This document shows positions 1-64,000 of a stretch of DNA of 64,000 nucleotides, in pieces; position 1 is the stretch's first letter, and each line of letters starts with the position of its first letter. The notes under the pieces were generated by a model. The model was not told where the DNA came from and made no database searches. It was given only the letters and a program-made list of their open reading frames with translations. Both the position numbers and the translations under genes were made by a program. This DNA is from Hormiphora californensis (Eukaryota; Animalia; Ctenophora): NCBI GenBank assembly GCA_020137815.1, contig CM035352.1:7378001-7442000 (forward strand). The letters run 5' to 3'.

Positions 1-1033
1 TGAGGATGGTGTACCGATACAGCATCCGTAAAATGTAAGCTCTCTTGCTAACACGTCATAATTTGATGGGGATCACATGACTTACCCTAGGCTTAGAAAA
101 CGGATCACTGTGATTCTTGTGGTGATCCAATTACGCTCAAACTGGTCCCATTCGAAAGGAAATCGATAGCCAAACAAATTTGTGAAACTTTAGTACCGAA
201 ATATGGTCCCATATTGGTGTTCATTCAATGTTCATTCGGTCGAAAAAAATGAACTTTTATCCAGAGGGCTGAAACTTCGGATTCCTCGAATGAGTAACCA
301 TGCAGACATTGTGTCAAAATATCAGAGTGATTGAAATTTAACTTTTGGGTGAAAAGAAGGCCAACGTACCCTCCCTTTAATTTGGGCCACGCGGTATATT
401 GTACCTGTAGTCGCAGATTGAATGCAAATGGTATCATGTGGGGACTAGATGGGAATACTGGTCCCTGATTGGCTGATAACCAGTCACGTGACCTAAATAA
501 CGAGTTCTGATTGGTTCCTAGTGTATTCTATATTGTACCTGTACGCTCCAGTTGCAGATTGGAGGCTGGCTCCAGTTTCTGGCGCCAGCCTCCAGTCTGC
601 AACTGGCGCAAGCTGGGAGAGTCCCTGTGCGCGCCAAATCTTCGTTGACTAGCAGGGTTTTCGATGTCAATTGCATGTAAAGTAGCGCGCGCGGCAGTGT
701 CAGCAGTGTCAGCAGGGGCCTGCTTCATTGTAACTAACGTCAGTCGCAAAATCTCTAACTGGACCCTTAGTCGCAGATTGAATGCAAATGGTATCATGTG
801 GGGACTAGAGGGGAATACTGGTCCCTGATTGGCTGATAACCAGTCACGTGACCTAAATAACGAGTTCTGATTGGTTCCTAGTGTATTCTATATTGTACCT
901 GTAGTCGCAGATTGAATGTAAATGGTATCATGTGGGGACTAGAGGGGAATACTGGTCCCTGATTGGCTGATAACCAGTCACGTGACCTAAATAACGAGTT
1001 CTGATTGGTTCCTAGTGTATTCTATATTGTACC

Positions 1034-57154
<56,121 letters not shown>

Positions 57155-57641
57155 ATTTCATAGTGTATCATATCCAGGTAGTAGGTCGAGACTCTAGGAG
57201 GATTCTGTAAGATCTGTCTTTTAGCACTCTACATTTTCCTAGTTCTATAGTGGAGAGGGGGTGAGTTTTAAATGGCATGTCATACTGCATGACTGCAACC
57301 GCGCATGCTGCACAAACGACTAAACTCTCCGGTTCGGAGAGTGTAGTCGTTTGTGAGACAATACATTTCAGTGAGTCAGAGAGAGAAGAGAACCTGGTTT
57401 TAATAAATAGGCTTCAACTTATAAAACATACAATCTGACACAAAAAAAAACAATACTATGAAAAGTAAACAAGGGATTCCACAAATCTAGGATGGTAACA
57501 GCTTTCAGTTCAATCTCCCTTCTTGAGCTTTATCTCTGGGGGAGAGATAGGGGAAGAGATAGGTACACCGTACCCAAATGTAACAATTAAGCACATGGAA
57601 CTACCATCTAGTAGGTTCACATGGGGAAGCAGACGACACAT

Positions 57642-58640
57642 TCACCTCTCATATGAGGGGTTAGGGGAAGCACACAACTTGAGAAGTTCATCAACAATCA
57701 TGACATCCTCATTAAAACAAGATGATGATGACTCCCCAATATCTGAATAGTATCTGAAACAAGATGTTGATGTTGATGAGGATTCCCCACCCTCCTGATC
57801 ATCACGATACCTCACCGACCCGTGAACAGTACTCTTATGATGGGCCATCTTCTTCTTGCTCCTAAACTCGATCCTACACTCCGTACAGACCATATCCAAC
57901 ACCCCACATTTCTCCCCGCTGACGTGCTGGTTTAAACCATACCTAGTCAGACAGTCAATCTCACAATTCATACACACATACATGCCCGCTCGAGAACCGT
58001 GTACTAGCCTCTGGTGTGATTTCAACTGGTGCTTGTAGGCTGTTTCATAGCCACATTGTCCACATGATACCACCTCTGATTTGTTGTGTACAGTTTTAAC
58101 GTGACGTCTCATACATCCCGCTGTAGTGAACCGCTTGTTACACACTGGACATGGGATTCTTTTCACTGTTATACACCCCTTCTTTTGGTGTTGAATCAAA
58201 TTATCTTTTCGTTTAATCTGGCAACCGCACCCTGTACAAACGTACCGAATGTGAGCAGGGGTTTTATGAATGTCCATGACATGCCGCTCCAGGTTATATA
58301 ACTGGGTAAAAACACAATCACACAGATCACACGTAAACCTTTTAGACTTCTTCACTTTATTAGGTAGTGGTGGGAGGGGAGGAGCGGGAAGGGCTAACTG
58401 CTGAGGGGGCGGTGGTAGTTGGAGCTGGGGTTCCTCTAAAATAGGGCCTTCTAACACTTCTGTACAGTATGGAGGAAATGCATAGTTGCTACTGTCCTCA
58501 GGGTTAGGTCCATAGGATCCATCTGATTGTTGGAAATAGACAGGGATGAGAATAAAACCCGAATCTCGGTCGAATTTTCCACCTGTTTCATCGCAAATAA
58601 ATTCCTTTCCATAGCTTTCAACGTACTCGACAGTTTCCAT
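57642..58640 (-). CDS. Single-exon zinc-finger protein with six fingers (four C2H2, two C2HC)
   Basis: CDLC..HVMDIH, CTGC..HQKKGC, CPVC..HVKTVH, CGQC..HQRLVH, CMNC..HVSGEKC and CTEC..HKSTVH, with a Pro-rich linker. Confidence 0.9.
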   Translation of the reverse strand: METVEYVESYGKEFICDETGGKFDRDSGFILIPVYFQQSDGSYGPNPEDSSNYAFPPYCTEVLEGPILEEPQLQLPPPPQQLALPAPPLPPLPNKVKKSKRFTCDLCDCVFTQLYNLERHVMDIHKTPAHIRYVCTGCGCQIKRKDNLIQHQKKGCITVKRIPCPVCNKRFTTAGCMRRHVKTVHNKSEVVSCGQCGYETAYKHQLKSHQRLVHGSRAGMYVCMNCEIDCLTRYGLNQHVSGEKCGVLDMVCTECRIEFRSKKKMAHHKSTVHGSVRYRDDQEGGESSSTSTSCFRYYSDIGESSSSCFNEDVMIVDELLKLCASPNPSYER

Positions 58641-58929
58641 AGTCTAAGAATAGGGACAGTATTGATTAAGGCTTTCAAAGAGCCTTGAAGATAGCATAAC
58701 GAACAGGAAACTAAAAACTTAGCGTTTTTGATTGGCAAACGTTGCTGGCCCCCGATAGCAGCGCGGGATAAGGCAGCGCTTTTCAACGTTTTTGAACTTT
58801 TTTAAAAAGTTTGGACGAAATTTTGCAAATAAAATAAAAGGGATTTTTCATTTTTATCCCGACTTCGCGCGCGGCGCTACAGTACGCGCAAAAGAGTTCC
58901 ACGCATTAACTCTTCGCATAACAACGCAG

Positions 58930-60074
58930 TTAATTCATGGAATTCTTGTTAGAACCTAGAAATCATTAGGGGCAAGCTAATTTTTGCACAATCCGATAGT
59001 CAATAGGCCCCTGAACCACCAAAAAAAAGTCCCAAGCCCAACTCCTGGGGGAAGTACCCCTAATTGGCCCTAATTGATTACAGTGTGTTTGTAACCATCA
59101 ATTAAATCGTAAATCGTCTTAGGAAAGGAGTAGAGGAAAAACAGAGGGCACTAAAGTGTTCAGCGTCCTCGCATTAGTGGGGGTAGGTGCTGGAATTAAG
59201 TCTCTATCTTATCTGGTTAATTAGATAATTGGATAATTAGGTTTGCGCATAGCCGTTTTTTGGCTATATGGCTATAGCCACTTAGGAAAAGAGTAGAGAC
59301 AAAACCGAGGGGGGGTAGGTGGTGGGAATTAAGTCTCTATCTCATCTGGTTAATTAGATAATTGGATAATTAGATCCGCGCATAGCCGTTTTTGGCCATA
59401 TGGCTATAGCCACTTGGGAATGGTTTAGAGACTTTTCACTGGTGCCATTTTGTAGGCAATGGCTAAGTTATGGGGGGTCGTGGTCGGACTTTCAAGCTCT
59501 ATCTCAAACCGTTTAGCCGTTATTTGGATTCAAAGATCCACAAAGAGGCTCAAAAAATCAAATTTTACCATTTTTTGCTCATTTTCAGCACCTTTGAATC
59601 CAAATAACGGCTAAACGGTTTGAGATAGAGCTTAAAAGTCCGACCACGACCCCCCATAACTTAGCCATTGCCTACAAAATGGCACCAGTGAAAAGTCTCT
59701 AAACCATTCCCAAGTGGCTATAGCCATATGGCCAAAAACGGCTATGCACGGATCTAATTATCCAATTATCCAATTAACCAGATAAGATAGAGACTTAATT
59801 CCAGCACCTACCCCCACTAATGCGAGGACGCTGAACACTTTAGTGCCCTCGGTTTTTCCTCTACTCCTTTCCTAAGACGATTTACGATTTAGTTGATGGT
59901 TACAAACACACTGTAATCAATTAGGGCCAATTAGGGGTACTTCCCCCAGGAGTTGGGCTTGGGACTTTTTTTTGGTGGTTCAGGGGCCTATTGACTATCG
60001 GATTGTGCAAAAATTAGCTTGCCCCTAATGATTTCTAGGTTCGGGCTGTTTTTGACAACATTTCCATGACTTAA
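58930..60074. mobile_element. About 1.1 kb foldback (long inverted repeat) element
   Basis: 58952-59535 is the reverse complement of about 59592-60042, with one internal duplication in the left arm and a spacer of about 55 bp. The outer imperfect ends are bounded by TTAA. Confidence 0.85.
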
Positions 60075-60297
60075 GTTTGGGAGAACAAGATATGAATCGC
60101 CTGGCGCCACATAAAGATGAGCTCATATCAGATCAACGGACAAATTAAAAGAACGATCTTATAACACCGTTAGAACAAATAAGAACATAAACAACAACTA
60201 CCACTCCATATAATAAATATATTAGTCGACACGCTCGCGTGCCCCCTATTATACGATAACACACTCAGCATGAGTAAACATAAACGCAATATTGACA

Positions 60298-60541
60298 GCC
60301 AAGTAACTATGGCAACCAAGTAACTATGGCAACCAAGTAACTATGGCAACCAAGTAACTATAGCAACCAAGTAACTATGGCAACCAAGTAACTATGGCAA
60401 CCAAGTAACTATGGCAACCAAGTAACTATGGCAACCAAGTAACTATGGCAACCAAGTAACTATGGCAACCAAGTAACTATGGCAACTAAGTAACTATGGC
60501 AACCAAGTAACTATGGCAACTAAGTAACTATGGCAACCAAG
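60298..60541. repeat. 17 bp tandem repeat (CCAAGTAACTATGGCAA)n, about 14 copies
   Basis: Directly visible. Confidence 0.95.
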
Positions 60542-60859
60542 GAACTAGAGAAAAGTTGCCGACTTCCTAACATGCAGGACCTATCAGGAATCACGCTGAC
60601 AGAGCAGTGCTAGGGAGATATGGAAAACTAATTCAACCTATTTGAAACATGCGGTGTTATACTATTAGTTATTACTATTACGAAGGTAACTAGCTAATAA
60701 GAACAAAAAACATAGAAACGTTTAAAAACCCGGTATCTGGCTGAGAGGCTAACTTAAAAACAGCTACAACAAAAGATAACGGTTAACGATGGGGGACTCT
60801 TCAATAGTTTAGGGTTAACCTGTTATAACAACAAGGCAGTTAACAACATGTTCATCTCT

Positions 60860-62250
60860 CTAGAAAGAATATCTAACGTTCTTTTTAATTATCCTCCCTC
60901 TCTTTGTCTTCTTAGGGGATTTCTTGATCTTCCTCCCATTAGGACGTCTTCTCTTGGATCTTCTCCTCTTTCCCCCATCACTGTTATCTTCACTTGAGGA
61001 TGAACAGGAAGAAGAGGACTGATCTGAGTTGGAACTAGAGGCACTAGGAAGGGTGCTGCCCCTCCCGTTCCTTGTTGTCCTCCTATTCTCTTTGATTGGA
61101 TCTTCTTCCTCTTCATCTTCTTCCTCTTCTCCATTATCATCATGCCCATTCTCCTCCTCCTCCTCAGAAGAGGTATAAACCCTCTTCCTCTTACTCTTCT
61201 TAGCCCCCTGTGACAGCAAACTAACATCCTCATCATCTTCATCATCAGCAGATACAACCTTGCTACTAGACCCTCTCTCAGCAGCCACCTTGCTGGACCC
61301 TCTCTCAGCAGTCACCTTGCTACTAGACCCTCTCTCAGCAGCCTTGCTGGACCCTCTCTCAGCAGCAACCTTGCTACTAGACCCTCTCTCGGCAGCAATC
61401 TCGCTACCCTCATCAGAGGATTGTGTGACAGTTCTCTCCCCGTCATCACCAGCAGAGGAGGAGGATGAGGAGGAGGATTTCCGGCTGGATTTACTGCTGC
61501 TACCTCTACCAACTAGGGAGTGATAGTAACATTGGAATTCCACGGTAGTCTTGTATATCTGAGGGGGGATTAGTAGATTGGGTGATTTGACGATGTATAT
61601 GGGACTTAATGAAGCCAATTGTACCACTAATAACGCTAATTGTAGAACTAATTACGGTAATTGTACCACTAATTACGGTAATTGTACCACTAATAACGCT
61701 AATTGTACCACTAATAACGCTAATTGTAGCACTGCTCAATCTAGTTGTATCACTAATTCCAGAATTCCTCCAATTATAAAACTACTGGACTACTCACCAG
61801 TGAAGTTTTCCTCGTATTATAGGAAAATGAGTTTTTCAGGATAAGATCTATATCGGCATAGAAGTCTGATTCCATATCATAACTTCCCCCATGTAACTTA
61901 TCCCCTATCGTCTCTAGATCCATCGGCTCCTGCAGTAGAGGGTGGGTTATGTTTTAACAAATGTGAGGGGATGGGTTGAAAAAGGCAAGTAGGGGGTAGT
62001 CACTGACTATTCCTACTAGGCAGGAATGAGAAAGATGCAACACATTACCACTAGCAAACAAGATTGTACTAGGTTAAACTCCAAAAACAACACACACAGT
62101 TTAAAACTGACCCGGCAGTATTTTAGGTAATCATTGTAAGTAGTGAGATCCACAGGATACTTGAAAGGTTGGCTGTGTTTGTGTGCTATCAGGAGGTCTA
62201 GTATATCACTGGCTTTCTCGTACCAAGGGGTCTTGTTCTCTGCTCGACAT
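60860..62250 (-). CDS. 3' exons of a bromodomain protein resembling the second bromodomain of PHIP/BRWD; exons 62112-62250, 61798-61929, 60860-61558
   Basis: Spliced peptide HSQPFKYPVDLTTYNDYLKYCR|EPMDLETIGDKLHGGSY...DIDLILKNSFSYNTRKTSL|IYK, followed by a Ser/acidic/basic low-complexity tail. Confidence 0.8.
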
Positions 62251-63590
62251 CTGGGGGAGAAGGAAGGGTTATAATGAGACACAAAAATTAGGGGGGGGGG
62301 GGAAGGGTTGAGTTTGGTCGGGGGGCCCCTAACTTGTTTCCTAATCTGCTATGTTTGACATGGGCGCCACCAAACCCGCCCCAAATGAATCAAACAATAA
62401 ACTCTACCCTCACAAGGTCAACTTCATACGCGTTGCATATTCTGAGACAGGTTCCAAAAAGGACTATCCCTGCAGATCACTTGGATGTGCAGTAGCAGCT
62501 ACCCCCCCCCCCCCCCTGGAAGGGAAGCACGGACACAGAGGGGAGCACAGATCACCTTTCTCGTTGTTTTGTTCAAACCCACACGGAAACAGGATCGAGC
62601 AAGGCAACTCTCTAGTCGTAGGTCAGTGCACTTTTCTGGAGCCATTGTTCATAATATGAATAATAGCTTGGACAAAATAATAGCTTGGACAAAATAATAG
62701 CTTGGACAAAATAATAGCTTGGAATCTTGGAACAAATAATGATTGTACATGATGGATTAGTATAAAAGGGTGAAGCGGGTGGGTCGGTGGAGTATTCGTT
62801 TGGGTTTTTATTTCTTGTTGCTACTGCACAATGTGGAGTGCACATGGACCCTGTCATGTCAATGCTCTGACCGCGGTTCTCTGCTAATTTGACAGAAATG
62901 AGAACGCCATTGTTGTAATCATGGTAATGGGTTTTGATACGAGAACGACAAGAAAGATGGTGTGCGGAACCGAAGCTCCTGAACTCAATTTTAGTCAACC
63001 ATATAAACCAAATCACTAGACTCAACAATATCTTTTAAACAACATGTTAAACATGTATACAGCTGATGCTGACGTGAGCACTCAGCTGTATCATAGTATA
63101 ACAGGTTGTAAACCATATGGTTAGCAATTTAACAGTTACTTATTGACATTACTTATTGACAATACACCTAAATGTTATGCTGTATATAGAGTCATGTGGT
63201 CTCCGGTTACAGTGGTTCTAGCTGTAACCCTTCTTGTAACTGGTTGCTATGGTGATTGTTACCTACAAAACCCACGGGGCTCCAACAACAGGTGAAATCG
63301 GATTTTTTAAAGAAGCAGAGTTGGTCTTCTTTTCCTTCGTTGTACACGAATAAGGACATTTATCATGGATCTTTATATTATAATTGAAATGTGGTGATTC
63401 ACATTATTCCCCCAGGCTAGATTAGTGCCTAATTAGTGCCTAATAACACTATTCCCCAGGCTGAATGAGAACACAGCAAACAGAAAGAACGCTAACAGAC
63501 TATTTGACTCTCAAAACAACAACAAAGGAGGGTACAACACAGGAGATCGGTTTGATAAGGCAGGGGGTAATGTCCGCAGACAATACAGCA

Positions 63591-63926
63591 TGGTAATTGT
63601 GGGGTAATTGAGGGGTAATTATGGGGTAATTGTGGGGTGAGTGTGGGGTAATTGTGGGGTAATTGTGGGGTAATTGTGCGGTAATTGTGGGGTAATTGTG
63701 GGGTGAGTGTGGGGTAATTGAGGGATAATTGTGGGGTAATTGTGGGGTAATTGTGGGGTAATTGTGGGGGTAACTGTGGGGTAATTGTGGGGTAATTGTG
63801 CGGTAATTGTGCGGTAATTGTGGGGGTAACTGTGGGGTAATTGTGCGGTAATTTTGGGGTAATTGTGGGGTAATTGTGGGGTAATTGTGGGGGTAACTGT
63901 GGGGTAATTATGGGATAATTGTGGGG
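63591..63926. repeat. 11 bp tandem repeat (GTGGGGTAATT)n
   Basis: Directly visible. Confidence 0.95.
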
Positions 63927-64000
63927 ACTGAGCTTGATTTCACTCTCAGTACTAGAAACTCCTGCCTGTTAATGCCACTGCATTTCAGCAATATTATGGG

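Noticed and set aside
63591-63926. Telomeric repeat
   Set aside because: The unit is GTGGGGTAATT rather than TTAGGG, it is internal, and it is probably intronic in the bromodomain gene.

Overview
Eukaryotic (animal) genomic DNA: intron-rich, with GT-AG introns, many microsatellites and MITEs. The repeat families and gene content look ctenophore-like to me (Pleurobrachia/Hormiphora type), but this is inference and unverified. One very large minus-strand gene, BLTP1/KIAA1109 (tweek/Csf1 family bridge-like lipid transfer protein), runs from ATG 57154 to beyond the left edge. Its introns hold at least seven opposite-strand nested genes: a frameshifted 7TM receptor, a sulfotransferase, a GPI-type three-finger (Ly6-like) protein, three F-type-lectin/F5-8C paralogs and a secreted sushi-repeat protein. 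Upstream on the minus strand are a single-exon C2H2 zinc-finger gene and the 3' end of a bromodomain gene (PHIP/BRWD-like). The most striking unexplained pattern is that many intronic tandem repeats are amplified copies of the adjacent exon/intron junction, giving arrays of 2 to about 83 decoy splice donors or acceptors. Other features are unpaired splice acceptors just before most ATGs (possible SL trans-splicing), recurrent RFX X-box-like cores in unrelated repeats, a tandem Helitron inside a lectin exon, an ORF1-only retroelement and a 1.1 kb foldback element. Regions 29040-30200 and 37780-39750 look like low-quality sequence.
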